A stretch of DNA of 64,000 bases from Eledone cirrhosa (GCA_964016885.1 OZ024740.1:235414001-235478000); one strand, 5' to 3'; shown: positions 40,386-54,946, numbered from the stretch's first letter. Made by a program: numbers and translations. The notes: generated from the sequence alone by a model not told the origin.

Positions 40386-40762
40386 TAGTAGTTGTAGCAC
40401 TGGTAATAATAATAGTATTCTTATTTTTATTTCTTGCTGTTACTGCATTATTGATTACAGCACTGTGTAATATTGTTTTGGGTGTTATTATTATTGTATT
40501 GAGAGTACAGTGTCCAGTGCTATTTTCTGTATGATCTTCCTATACCTTCATTTCTAAGGTTTAGCAATATTTTTTATTTTTTAGTTCAATTTTTTTCCCA
40601 TTTACGTGTTTTTATGTTTTATCATTATCATTTTATTATTCATTCTCTTAATCTTTGATTATTTATACTGTTTTTATATTTGGGATATTTATTCCATTGC
40701 AGTATATATCATTTATTTTTATATTTTCACTCATCCACTTATTCACTTTTCGTATTCTTTAA

Positions 40763-40962
40763 CCCTTTAGCATTTAAACCGGCCATATCCAGCTGGAATT
40801 CTCTCACTTCTTTCTGTTCAAACCTGCCATAAGTGGCTCCTCATACTAATGTTAAATAAATCCAAAATCTCATAGATTTGATATTATGTGAGATAGTATG
40901 AGATAAAGTGTTTACCATGAAAATACAATGAGTATATATAGAGTAATGTAATTGCTACAGGG
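40763..40962. mobile_element. piggyBac-like MITE with TTAA TSD
   Basis: TTAA-ccctttagca...tgctacaggg-TTAA; related inverted copy at ~43087-43296. Confidence 0.75.
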
Positions 40963-41023
40963 TTAAGTTTTAGGTTTATTTTTGTTCTTTGTGTATTGTT
41001 TCTTCTTCTCAACTTTAATCTTA

Positions 41024-41839
41024 TCTATATATCTAAAACCGAGAATGTTTATCTGTCTGTCCCCCTAAAACTCGAGAACCACCCAACCGATTTTTTTCAA
41101 ACTTTACACATGTAATACTTATGGCCGTGTGAGTGTTTTGAGCAAAAAGTATTTCAAATTTTTAATGCCTAGGGACCGCATTAGGCGAAAATCCACATAT
41201 TTTAGGCTTTAAAGGCTTTTTTGAGGCACAACAGAACAATAATCGAGGCGATTTCTTCAAAATTTGCATTACTTATGTCGTTTGAAGTGTTTTGATTTTC
41301 TCATTTTTTGCCCCAGCAACCGCATTAGGCGAAAAACCGATTTTTTAAAGCATTTTGGTTGTATTAGGGCCTGTAACTCGAGAAGTACCCAACCGATTTT
41401 TTAAAAACTTTGCATATCCATTACTTATGTTTCTCAAATTTTCTTGACTGAAAAAGATTTCAAATTTTTACCCGGAGACTGCATTGTTTAGCACTTTGGT
41501 TGCATTAGGGCCTGTAACCTTAAAAGTATCCAACTAAATTCCTTCATGCTCTCCACCACTGCAGTCCCACATGCTTACTGCTCTGTAACTATTGCTTTCA
41601 TTGTACCATAGCACAACAAATACATGTTCGGTTTGTCGAATGCTTTTTTACTTAACCCTATTGTCTTGGCTTTCGTGGGTTGAACATTTTACTCTGAGGC
41701 ACCCAATTAAGTTAAACCCCTGATAATCTATGACAATTTTTTTTTTATAAGCATACTTCTCTGTACTGTTTCAGAAAGGAGGGATAAACATGCCAATCTA
41801 TGTTTAGAATCCCGAGCAATGCCAGGGCCATTCTGCTAG
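41024..41839 (+). mobile_element. Non-autonomous Helitron
   Basis: A|TCtatatatctaaaacc at the 5' end; 3' hairpin cccgagcaatgccaggg then CTAG|T; internal repeats aactcgagaa..ccaaccgatttt and accgcattaggcgaaaa. Confidence 0.75.
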
Positions 41840-42964
41840 TTCTTACTATATCTAGCTTTTAGACATTTCCATATATCATTTATATATTATTCATCATTTA
41901 CCACACACCATGTATCATCTTACCAATTATCAGTTATTATGTAGATCCTCATGATTAACCATCTACTTCTTCCTACATGTAACTTATTTACAGTTTAGTA
42001 TAAATTTATATATTTCAAATTACTCTTCCATCTGACACATAATTTGATTTTATTTTAAATTATTTATTCTTTATTTTTGGTCTCATTATTTAAAACCTTA
42101 TACAGTGTTTTATATTTAGTAATTTTACATTATTATTGATCTATATATTCTCATCTTATGTTAAATATAGCATTTTGAACTTTATTTTTTCATAATTTAT
42201 TTTCATAATTTTATTTGTCACATATTTCTCCTTCTTTATGCGTTTGTTTTTATATTCCTCTTTCACGTTTCCATTTTATATCTCCAGTGTATGTTTCATC
42301 TTAAATTTCTACTTTATATTTTTTATGTTTCTGTTTTATGTCTCCATTTTTATATGTCCAACTTTTGACATTTCCAAGTTCTTTTGCATTAACACATTAA
42401 ACATCATTCATTCAGTCTGTTATACATTTATACACTGAAACAACGTCTCTTTCAATACATCTTGACAACTAGCTATAGCTTCTATACACTCCACACATGT
42501 TAGTCATTATACACCTCTGACATATTACTAGCACCTAAAACTTTAATGAAGCAGTCAATTGGCAGAGTCATTAAAGTATTAGATAGAAGGCTTTGTAGTA
42601 TTTATTCCATCACAACGCAATGTGAGTTCAAATTATGTTGTGGTCAGCTGTACCATTCATAGTTGATAAAGTATCAATCAAGTACTGAGATTATTTATTT
42701 TCTCTCTCTGAATTGGGTATGTTGCACCATGGGAAGAGTCATAGAAGACCACTCACAATGTCCCTTTCTCCAGATATGGAGAAGAGTAGAGTGAGGTGTT
42801 AGCAATCTCTTCTCACAGAAAAACTGATATACTACTGACACTGTCTGAGTATAGCCTGATGCCCAGCACAGAATGGTCTAAGAGACAACTATAGAACCCA
42901 CAAACAGAAACAAAGATAAGTTTCTGGGCTTGAGACTTAATTTATCTTTAACCAATATAAATAT

Positions 42965-43087
42965 TGTGCATATGCTCCCACCATTCAAGCAGACCTAGAA
43001 TTCAAGGACAAGTTCTATGAGAATTTACAGAAAGTGGAAGACAACATACCAGCTAGAGAACAGATTTATATCTTGAGTGACATTAAC
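42965..43087 (+). pseudogene. LINE APE-endonuclease fragment cut by a piggyBac-like MITE
   Basis: CAYAPTIQADLEFKDKFYENLQKVEDNIPAREQIYILSDIN, ending at TTAA-ccctttagc. Confidence 0.7.
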
Positions 43088-43769
43088 CCTTTAGCATTTG
43101 CATTACTCTATATTTACTATTGTATTTTCACAGTAATGGCTTTACCCCACATAATTATTTCACATGATATCAAATCTACGAGATTTTGATATTAATTACT
43201 TTGAGAACAATACCTTAACATTGGTATGAGTAGCTGGTTACAGCTGGTTTGAACAGAAAGAGGTGAGAGAATTCTGACCGGATATGGCTGGGTTAATACT
43301 CGATTAGGATCTGATCATGAGAACAGTTCAGTGTTGGTAAGATTAACACAAATGGACAGTAGATATTAGTGTTCTTATAACTCAGTATAACAAACAGATT
43401 CTTCACTTGATGTGTATGTAATGTTGGAAGTATCAATGAACTGAAAGAAAAAAAATGCAAATAAAAGGAATCAGCTATAGTGTGCAAGAGAGGAAATTGT
43501 GCTGGTATGGATATTTTATATATTGGGTGAAGAAATATTTAGCAATGCAAGAGAAGACCAAAGAGGGTATTGGAAGATATAGTGATGTCTGATGCCTACT
43601 TGCTGACATCATGGTGATCACAACAGATCTAGTATTGGATGGTAAGATGCTGTGCTTGAGAAGACCCATCCAACCCATGCAAGCATTGAACAACAGTAGT
43701 AAAATGATAATGAATATGAAGATATCATTGTGTGTATCAATTTGTAACTTTTATTTTTTCTATGTTAGT

Positions 43770-44380
43770 ATGGGTTTGATGGATCTACTTCAGTATAGCA
43801 TCTCATCACTTGTGGTTTCTTTTGCAAAGTCTACATCATCTGACTGGCACTCACATCTTCCTTGGTGTTTCTCCTTCACAGGCTCTTTCTGGAATTGCTC
43901 GACATTTCTTCAACCAATGTATCACATTTTCATACTAACATAGTTTTTTTCTCTTGTACTCTACAATTGAGTCCTCTTGTACTTGTCTTCCTCTCAGTTT
44001 ACCTGTGTTTTGTCATTCAAGGCAGTTAACATTATACGTCCAATAGAGCAGGCTGACTTTATTTTTTTCCAGTCCTCATATATCCTCCATATTTATTGCT
44101 CATATCTTGCAACCATACAATATCACACTTTATACACAAGGGTCATACGATAAAGCAATTTTTTGTTGCAAATAATGGTTTCTAGAACTTTTTCCACTTC
44201 CTTCTTACTCTGGCTACTATGCTTTCACAATACCATCTATCTACATTGTTGATTAAGTCACCCAATTCATTGAAGCTGTCAACTATTTCTGGGCAATTGA
44301 AACATTCCATTTCTTGAGTGTCCTTACTGTTAACTACTCCTGTACATCTATTATATATAAAGTCTTTTTTCACTGTCCAC
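43770..44380 (-). pseudogene. Old degenerate RTE 3' region
   Basis: EIVDSFNELGDLI...CESIVARVRRKWKKF, homologous to lineages A-C. Confidence 0.65.
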
Positions 44381-44385
44381 ATACC

Positions 44386-44420
<35 letters not shown>

Positions 44421-44423
<3 letters not shown>

Positions 44424-44764
44424 TCATCATCATCATCATCATTTTACGTCCACTTTTCCTTGCTAGCAAGGGTGGGACGGGAACTGATTCTGGCTTGATT
44501 TCTACAGCTGGATGCCCTTCCTAACACCAACCTCATTTACAGTGAGTGCTGGGTGCTTTTTTGCCGTGGCACCTCCATGACCACTTTGCAGTGGAATGAT
44601 AGGGACCTCAGTCCCTATCATCTCATTTCTACAGCTGAGTAAACTGGAGCAATGTGAAATAAAGTGTCTTGCTCAAGGAAACAACACATCACCCAGTCTG
44701 AGAATTGAACTCACAACCTTTCGATTGCAAGGCCAATGCTCTAACCACTAAGCCATGTGCCTCC

Positions 44765-44766
<2 letters not shown>
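44421..44766 (-). mobile_element. Full-length SINE family A
   Basis: tRNA head, CORE-like block, RTE-type tail, (GAT)n. Confidence 0.88.
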
Positions 44767-44797
<31 letters not shown>

Positions 44798-45339
44798 TAT
44801 ATATATATATACACACACACACATACATACGTATATTATATATTTTGTCAAATGTATATCATTTATATCATATATCTATGGAAATATCTATGGAATATAT
44901 AGATAGATATGACCATATTATTTCTATATAAATACAGATATACATCATGAGATATTAGATACTTATACAGCTACACACGTGTTTGCATATATGTATGAGT
45001 GTGTGTATGTGTGGTGTGTGGTGTGTGTGTGTGTGTTAGAAAGAGGATGTCACATGATGGAAGTCACCAGAACAAAATGGTGGTCAAAGATTTGGTAAAG
45101 ATGGTGGTGGCTGTAGTGGGAGGTTGCATAATGACATGATTAAGTAATACAGGTGTGTGTGTGTGTTGGGGAGGTGGAAAGGAGGTGTGAGAATATAATT
45201 ATGTAAATAAGGTGGTGGTGTAATTAGAGGAGTGAATTTGGTATGGAGTATGGTGGGATGGGGGAGTGAATACACAGTCACATGTGGTTGGTGTGCCACT
45301 GTTAGTGAAGGAACACTGGCCGTGACAGTTGTGGATTAG

Positions 45340-48230
45340 ATGGTGGTGGTGATGGTAGTGCTTGTGGAGGTAGTGGTGGTGGTGGTGGTGTTGTTGGTGG
45401 TGATGGTAGTGTTCAATTTTATAATGTGTGAGTTGTGGTGGTAGTGTTAGGTGGTGGTGGTATTGGAGTGTTGTAGTGGTGGTGGTATTGGTGGTGTTGT
45501 AGTGGTGGTGGTGGTGGTGGTGATGGTAGTGCTTGTGGAGGTAGTGGTGGTGGTGGTGTTGTTGTTGGTGGTGATGGTAGTGTTCAATTTTATAATGTGT
45601 GAGTTGTGGTGGTAGTGTTAGGTGGTGGTGGTATTGGAGTGTTGTAGTGGTGGTGGTATTGGTGGTGTTGTAGTGGTGGTGGTGGTGGTGGTGATGGTAG
45701 TGCTTGTGGAGGTAGTGGTGGTGGTGGTGTTGTTGTTGGTGGTGATGGTAGTGTTCAATTTTATAATGTGTGAGTTGTGGTGGTAGTGTTAGGTGGTGGT
45801 GGTATTGGTGTGTTGTAGTGGTGGTGGTATTGGTGGTGTTGTAGTGGTGGTGGTGGTGGTGGTGGTGATGGTAGTGCTTGTGGAGGTAGTGGTGGTGGTG
45901 GTGTTGTTGTTGGTGGTGATGGTAGTGTTCAATTTTATAATGTGTGAGTTTTCGTGGTAGTGTTAGGTGGTGGTGGTATTGGTGTGTTGTAGTGGTGGTA
46001 GTATTGGTGGTGTTGTAGTGGTGGTGGTATTGGTGGTGTTGTAGTGGTGGTGGTGGTGGTGGTGATGGTAGTGCTTGTGGAGGTAGTGGTGGTGGTGTTG
46101 TTGTTGGTGGTGATGGTAGTGTTCAATTTTATAATGTGTGAGTTGTGGTGGTAGTGTTAGGTGGTGGTGGTATTGGTGGTGTTGTAGTGGTGGTGGTATT
46201 GGTGGTGTTGTAGTGGTGATGGTAGTGCTTGTGGAGGTAGTGGTGGTGGTGGTGTTGTTGTTGGTGGTGATGGTAGTGTTCAATTTTATAATGTGTGAGT
46301 TGTGGTGGTAGTGTTAGGTGGTGGTGGTATTGGTGTGTTGTAGTGGTGGTGGTATTGGTGGTGTTGTAGTGGTGGTGGTGGTGGTGGTGATGGTAATGCT
46401 TGTGGAGGTAGTGGTGGTGGTGTTGTTGGTGGTGATGGTAGTGTTCAATTTTATAATGTGTGAGTTGTGGTGGTAGTGTTAGGTGGTGGTGGTATTGGTG
46501 GTGTTGTAGTGGTGGTGGTATTGGTGGTGTTGTAGTGGTGATGGTAGTGCTTGTGGAGGTAGTGGTGGTGGTGGTGTTGTTGTTGGTGGTGATGGTAGTG
46601 TTCAATTTTATAATGTGTGAGTTGTGGTGGTAGTGTTAGGTGGTGGTGGTATTGGTGGTGTTGTAGTGGTGGTGGTATTGGTGGTGTTGTAGTGGTGGTG
46701 GTGGTGGTGGTGGTGATGGTAGTGCTTGTGGAGGTAGTGGTGGTGGTGGTGGTGATGGTGGTGTTTATGGAGGTAGTGGTGGTGGTGTTGTTGGTAGTGG
46801 TGATGGTAGTGTTCAATTTTATAATGTGTGAGTTGTGGTGGTAGTGGTATTGGTGGTGTTGTAGTGGTGGTGGTAGTGGTGGTGGTGGTGGTGGTGATGG
46901 TAGTGCTTGTGAAGGTAGTGGTGGTGGTGTTGTTGTTGGTGGTGATGGTAGTGTTCAATTTTATAATGTGTGAGTTGTGGTGGTAGTGTTAGGTGTTGGT
47001 GGTATTGGTGGTGTTGTAGTGGTGGTGGTATTGGTGGTGTTGTAGTGGTGGTGGTGGTGGTGGTGATGGTAGTGCTTGTGGAGGTAGTGGTGGTGGTGTT
47101 GTTGTTGGTGGTGATGGTAGTGTTCAATTTTATAATGTGTGAGTTGTGGTGGTAGTGTTAGGTGGTGGTGGTATTGGTGGTGTTGTAGTGGTGGTGGTGG
47201 TATTGGTGTGTTGTAGTGGTGGTGGTATTGGTGGTGTTGTAGTGGTGGTGGTGGTGGTGATGGTGGTGTTTATGGAGGTAGTGGTGGTGGTGTTGTTGTT
47301 GGTGGTGGTGGTGATGGTAGTGTTCAATTTTATAATGTGTGAGTTGTGGTGGTAGTGTTAGGTGGTGGTGGTATTGGTGGTGTTGTAGTGGTAGTGGTGG
47401 TGGTGGTGTTGTAGTGGTGGTGGTATTGGTGTTGTGGTGGTGATGGTGATGGTGGTGTTTATGGAGGTAGTGGTGGTGTTGGTGTTGGTGGTGATGGTAG
47501 TGTTCAATTTTATGTGTGAGTTGTGGTGGTAGTGTTAAGTGGTGGTGGTATTGGTGGTGTTGTAGTAGTAGTGGTGGTGGTGTTGTTGTTGGTGGTGGTA
47601 TTGGTGTTGTAGTGGTGGTGGTGGTGGTGATGGTAGTGCTTGTGGAGGTAGTGGTGGTGTTGGTGGTATTTGTGTGTTGTAGTGGTGGTGGTATTGGTGG
47701 TGTTGTAGTGGTGGTGGTGGTGGTGGTGATGGTAGTGCTTGTGGAGGTAGTGGTGGTGGTGTTGTTGTTGGTGGTGATGGTAGTGTTCAATTTTATAATG
47801 TGTGAGTTGTGGTGGTAGTGTTAAGTGGTGGTGGTATTGGTGTGTTGTAGTGGTGGTGGTATTGGTGGTGTTGTAGTGGTGGTGGTGGTGGTGATGGTGG
47901 TGTTTATGGAGGTAGTGGTGGTGGTGTTGGTGGTGATGGTAGTGTTCAATTTTATAATGTGTGAGTTGTGGTGGTAGTGTTAGGTGGTGGTGGTATTGGT
48001 GTGTTGTAGTGGTGGTGGTGGTGGTGTTAGGTGGTGGTGGTATTGGTGGTGTTGTAGTGGTGGTGGTATTGGTGTGTTGGTGGTATTGGTGTGTTGTGGT
48101 GGTGGTGATGTTGTTGGTGGTAGAGGTATTGGTGTGTTGTAGTGGTGGTGGTGGTATTGGTTTGTTGTTATGGTGGTGGTGGTGGTGGTATTGGTTTGTT
48201 GTTATGGTGGTGGTGGTATTGGTGTGTTGT
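45340..48230. repeat. Complex GGT-rich minisatellite, ~15 variable units anchored by gttcaattttataatgtgtgag
   Basis: The anchor recurs roughly every 140-280 bp with variable (GGT)n blocks between. Confidence 0.92.
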
Positions 48231-48467
48231 GGTGTTGGGGTTGTGGTGAGAATAATGGTGTTGGGGAATATATTATGATGGTTGTGGTGGTGTTATTGTT
48301 GACAGTTAAGACTGAGGTAGTGGTAGTGGTGGTAGTTGTAAAGGCAATAGTAGTTGTGAAGGTAGTGTCAGGTAAGTGATAAGGTTGGTGTTGGTGCTTT
48401 TGGTGACATTACTATTTATCATACATACACATAAAGAAAACACACACACAAATATAAATACATATAG

Positions 48468-48527
<60 letters not shown>

Positions 48528-48528
<1 letters not shown>

Positions 48529-48990
48529 CAATATTAAATAAATGGAAACTATATTTATAAAACCATATTTATTTCATTATATATATTTTGGGGATATCAT
48601 ATTAACAATATGCTATGCCTTCCTCAGACAAAATACAATATAAACAGTTTTATAGATAAATAGATTCGACATACCGTTATAACACCGACTTCCATTTGAA
48701 GAGGTTTAAGCCTGCCAGCTTAAACCTCTTCAAATGGAAGTCGGTGTTATAACGGTATGTCGAATCTATTTATCTATAAAACTGTTTATATTGTATTTTG
48801 TCTGAGGAAGGCATAGCATATTGTTAATATGATATCCCCGAAATATATATAATGAAATAAATATGGTTTTATAAATATAGTTTCCATTTATTTAATATTG
48901 TAAATATACTCCAAATATTTGTCGAGTGCTTTTATATCAGTTATAAATATTTACTAGTTGTAACCCAACAATTTTAAATATAACTTTCCA
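48528..48990 (+). mobile_element. Fold-back PLE pLTR: 184-bp arms 48528-48711 / 48718-48901, tail to 48990
   Basis: Near-perfect palindrome with 6-nt loop, containing a hammerhead; homologous to 8890-9060; TA flanks. Confidence 0.88.
48794..48859 (+). ncRNA. Minimal type I hammerhead ribozyme
   Basis: tattttgt-CTGAGGA-agg...ccc-GAAA-tatatat-A-atgaaata. Confidence 0.65.
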
Positions 48991-49043
48991 TATATATATA
49001 TATATAAATATATATAAATATATATATATATAAATATATATAA

Positions 49044-49106
<63 letters not shown>

Positions 49107-49165
49107 TATATAAATATATATATAAATATATATAAATATATATATATATAAATATATATAAATAT

Positions 49166-49534
<369 letters not shown>

Positions 49535-49604
49535 CAATACATAAATACTCCAATACACAGTAATGCATAGACAGACATCAACGTACATATACATACAGTA
49601 ATAT

Positions 49605-49780
49605 AATTGTTTCTACTTTAGGCACAAGGCCAGCAATTACCCAGTGCATTACTGGTACTTTATTTTATCGACCCCCCATAAGGATGAAAGGCAAATTTTA
49701 ACTCAGAATGGCAAGGGCCGTAACTCTGTGCGTCAAAGCATGGCGTCCGACCCTCTACCGATACTGCCAATCCACCACCC
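49605..49780 (-). mobile_element. SINE family B
   Basis: Family match with an internal deletion. Confidence 0.8.
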
Positions 49781-50052
49781 TTTACCCTATATATACATAA
49801 ATCTTCCTCCCCCTCCATATATATATATATATATATTGGCAAAGAACAAACAAAAACAAGGAGTGCAGTATATATATATATATGTATATATATGTATATG
49901 TATATATATGTATATGTATGTATATGTATATATGTATGTATATATGTATATGTATATATATGTCTATGTATGTATAGTCTAACCCATGCTAGCGTGGAAG
50001 ATGGACGTTAAATGAAGATGATGATGATGATGTATATATATGTATATGTATG

Positions 50053-50123
<71 letters not shown>

Positions 50124-50377
50124 GTATATGTATATATATATATGATGATATATATATATATGTATATAATGTATATGTATACGTATATATATATATGATG
50201 ATATATATATGTATGTATATATATATATGTATATATACACATATATATACATATATATATGTATGTATATATATGTATATATACACATATACATATATAT
50301 ATATGTGTATATGTATGTATATATATGTATATATATGTATATATATATATGTATATGTATGTATATATATATATATG

Positions 50378-50409
<32 letters not shown>

Positions 50410-50562
50410 TATATGTATGTATATATATGTATATCTATGTATATATACGTATATGTATGTATATATATATATGTATGTATATGTATGTATATATATATGT
50501 ATATGTATGTATATGTATGTATATATATATATATGTATGTATATTTATATGTATGTGTATGT

Positions 50563-50596
<34 letters not shown>

Positions 50597-50651
50597 GTAT
50601 ATATATGTATATATATGTATATATATATATATATGTATATGTATATATATG

Positions 50652-50740
<89 letters not shown>

Positions 50741-51048
50741 GTATATATATATATATATATATCATCATCATCATCATCATCATCATCAACGTTTAACGTC
50801 CGTGTTCCACGCTTGCATGGGTTTGGACGGGGGTAGTCCCACTTGAGGCAAGAGTGATTGTCTTGCTCGCATAGGACTGTCTGGCAGGTTTTCTACAGTT
50901 GGATGCCCTTCCTAACACCAATGTATATATATATGTATATATATGTATATATGTATATGTATATATATGTATGTATGTATATGTATATATATATATAAAT
51001 ATATGTATATATATGTATATATGTATATGTATATATATATGTATGTAT

Positions 51049-51082
<34 letters not shown>

Positions 51083-51210
51083 ATATGTATATGTATGTAT
51101 ATGTATGTATATGTATGTATATGTATGTATATGTATGTATATGTATATACATATATATATACATGTATGTATATATATATATGTATGTATATGTATATAT
51201 ATATGTATAT

Positions 51211-51958
51211 ATGCCGGTGTACTTAGTGTCATGAATGATCAGAAAAAGGAGGCCTGGAAATGTCATTATGAGAGACTGATGAATGTGGAGAACAAATGGG
51301 AGAGAGAGAAATTACCCTTGGTGGATCCGACAGAGGGACCAGCTATTGACGAATATAGAGTCCAAGAGGCGATTAGGGAAATGAAAAATGGTAAGGCTGC
51401 AGGACCATCGGGAATAGTTGCTGAGATGCTGAAGACATCAGGGGACGTAGGCACTAAACTGGTTGCATGCATCATCAATCAGGCTATATATGGTGGTGTC
51501 ATACCCAAAGACTGGTGCAGCAGTATTCTCATAAATTGCTACAAGGGTAAAGGGGATGCTCTGGAGAGGAGCAATTATAGAGGTATAAAACTGATAGATC
51601 AGGTTATGAAAGTGGCAGAAAGGATATTGGTTTTGTGCCTGGGAAGAGTACAACAGATGCCCTCTTCTTGGTGAGACAATTTCAAGAGAGGTTCTTAGAG
51701 AAAAATAAGCCACTATACTTAGCCTTTGTTGACCTAGAGAAGGCCTTTGATAGGGTACCCCCGATCTGTCATCTGGTGGTCCCTAAGGAGGCTAGGTGTT
51801 GAGGAATGGCTTGTGAGGACAGTGCAAACTTTGTACAGAGGTACTCTCAGTAAAGTCAGGGTAGAAATGGAGTTTAGTGAGGAATTCCAGATACTAGTAG
51901 GAGTACATCAAGGTTCGGTCCTCAGCCCGCTCTTGTTCATTATAGTCCTCCAAGCCAT
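51211..51958 (+). pseudogene. Internal RT segment of RTE lineage C (second copy of ~52972-53771, with deletions)
   Basis: Direct sequence match; 6-bp and ~46-bp deletions. Confidence 0.85.
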
Positions 51959-54793
51959 ATGACTTAGTCATGAGGTAGTTCGAGTTAGTAATCGAATAAT
52001 TAACCTTAGATTAGTTGTAGGCAGGAGACTACTGACAATCATCTCGGCCTATGCTCCCCAAGCAGGCCTAGGCAAAGATGAGAAAGACTGCTTTTACGAG
52101 CAACTTTTACAAACAACCGCAATGACAGAGGACGGAGACATCGTTATGCTAGCAGGAGACTTCAATGGCCATGTTGGACAGCTCCAGGATGGTTACACTG
52201 GGGTACATGGTGGGCACGGTTACGGCTCAAGAAATGAAGAAGGAGTGAGACTTCTTGAATTTTGTGATGCAGGTACATTGACTATTTGCAACACAAACTT
52301 CCAGAAACCTGCCAATCACCAAATAACCTACAAATCTGGTGAGCACATAAGCCAGATTGACTTCTTACTAGTTAGGCAGCGGGACAGGCAGATAGTGTCT
52401 AATACCAAGGCATACCCTGGGGAAGAATGTACCCCACAGCATAGGTTAGTCATTAGTGATATCTCAGTAAGCAAGAGATGGAATGAGACATATAGGAAGG
52501 TGTGGAGAAGAAAGGTCTGGAAGCTAAAAGACCTTTCACTAAAATACAAATTTAGGAAAGCCCTTCAAGATGTATATGACGAAAAAGAAGACGATTTAGA
52601 GACATATGACATAGATAATAACTGGAATTTCTTACATGACAACTTGCTGCAGGCTACTGATGAAACTTGTGGCTGGAGCAGAGCTCCAACCAGACAGAGA
52701 GTGACCTGGTGGTGGAACAGCACAGTAGATACGGCCATTAGAGACAAAAGACTAGCATGGAAGGCTTGGAAAAAGGGTGGGAGTAGGGAAGAATATACAG
52801 CCACTAAGAGAGAAGCTAGACGTCAGGTGTACTTAGCACGCAGGGAGGCGGAGAGTAGGAGGTTTGCCAATGTTCTGCGACGGGAAGATCAGAGGCGTGT
52901 GGTGTTCCACATTGCAAGGCAGTGTGTCAATGCAAATCAGGATGTTGTTGGAGATAAATGTATCCGGGATGATGCCGGTGTACTTAGTGAAACGAATGAT
53001 CAGAAAAAGGAGGCCTGGAAATGTCATTATGAGAGACTGATGAATGTGGAGAAGGAATGGGAGAGAGAGAAATTACCTTTGGTGGATCCGACAGAGGGAC
53101 CAGCTATTGAGATTGACGAATATAGGGTCCAAGAGGCAATTAGGGAAATGAAAAATGGTAAGGCTGCTGGACCATCGGGAATAGTTGCTGAGATGCTGAA
53201 GGTATCAGGGGACGTAGGCAGTAAACTGGTTGCACGCATCATCAATCAGGCTATATATGGTGGTGTCATACCCAAAGACTGGAGCAGCAGTATTCTCATA
53301 AATTGCTACAAAGGTAAAGGGGATGCTTTGGGGAGGAGCAATTATAGGGGTATAAAACTGATAGATCAGGTTATGAAAGTGGCAGAAAGGATTTTAGCAC
53401 AACTAATTAGAGAAAGGGTCAAACTAGATGAGATGCAGTTTGGTTTTGTGCCTGGGAAGAGTACAACAGATGCCCTCTTCTTGGTGAGACAATTGCAAGA
53501 GAGGTTCTTAGAGAAGAATAAGCCACTATACTTAGCCTTTGTTGACCTAGAGAAGGCCTTTGATAGGGTACCCCCGATCTGTCATCTGGTGGTCCCTAAG
53601 GAAGCTAGGTGTTGAGGAATGGCTTGTGAGGACGGTGCAAACTTTGTACAGAGGTACTCTCAGTAAAGTCAGGGTAGGAATGGAGTTTAGTGAGGAATTC
53701 CAGATACAAGTAGGAGTACATCAGGGTTCGGTCCTCAGCCCGCTCTTGTTCATTATAGTCCTCCAAGCCATAACAGAGGAATTTAAGACTGGCTGTCCAT
53801 GGGAACTTCTCTATGCTGACGATCTGGTTCTTATAGCAGAATCAGTAGAGGAGCTAGAGAATAAATTCTGGCTATGGAAACAGCAGTTGGAAGCAAGAGG
53901 ACTGAGAGTGAATCTAGCTAAGACAAAAGTGTTGAGTAGAAAAGAGAACAAAACCCTGATTCCGTCAGGGAAATGGCCATGTTCGATATGCAGAAAAGGA
54001 ACTGGCATAAATTCTATAAAATGCACACAATGCAGATCCTGGGTACACAAGAGATGTAGCGGGATAGCAGGCAAACTAACAGGTAGGGAGAAATATGTAT
54101 GCAGTAGATGTACAGGGAAATTAGACAGTAGAAGTCGCATTGATAGACACATTTTTCAAATGCAGGAGGGCGCTATAGAAGTGGTGGATAGCTTCCGGTA
54201 CCTAGGAGATCAGATTAGCATGGGAGGAGGGTGTTCCGAGGTCATAGTATCTAGAATAAGGACGGGTTGGAAGAAGTTTAGGGAGCTGCTTCCTCTGTTG
54301 ACGAAGAAGGGTTTCTCTTTGCGTACGAAAGGCCGGTTGTATGATGCCTGTGTGAGGAGTGCGATGCTGCATGGTAGTGAGACATGGGCAGCAACTGCAG
54401 AGGATATGCGATGGCTGGAGAGAAATGAGGCAAGCATGCTCCGTTGGATGTGCAGTGTAAATATGCGTGAACGACCCAGCATAAATGTGTTGAGAGAGAA
54501 ACTGTGTCTGAGAGGGATAGAATGTAGTGTACGGGAGAGGAGACTGAGGTGGTATGGACATGTGATGTGCATGGAGGATGACCGATGGGTGAAGAAATGC
54601 CAGTTGAAGGAAGACGTGGTAGAGGTAGACCACGAAAAACATGGGCGGAGGTGGTGAGAACAGACCTCAGATCATTGAAGCTCACGGTGGAGATGACTAG
54701 GGACCGTGACGAGTGGAGAGATGCTGTGCTGAATAAGACCCGTCCCACTCTTGCTAGCAGGGAAAAGCGGACGTAAAATGATGATGATGATGA
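51959..54793 (+). mobile_element. RTE LINE lineage C copy 2 (partial APE + RT + 3' end); frameshifts near 53571 and 54595
   Basis: SAYAPQ, AGDFNGHVG, SQIDF, FVDLEKAFDRVP, LLYADD, (GAT)n tail. Confidence 0.93.
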
Positions 54794-54846
54794 TATATAC
54801 ACACATATATATATATATATATACATACATATATATATATATATAC

Positions 54847-54893
<47 letters not shown>

Positions 54894-54910
54894 CATATAT
54901 ATATATATAC

Positions 54911-54945
<35 letters not shown>

Positions 54946-54946
54946 C

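Noticed and set aside
45340-48230. CRISPR-like repeat-spacer appearance
   Set aside because: The spacers are mutually homologous GGT slippage variants, there are no cas genes, and the context is eukaryotic.
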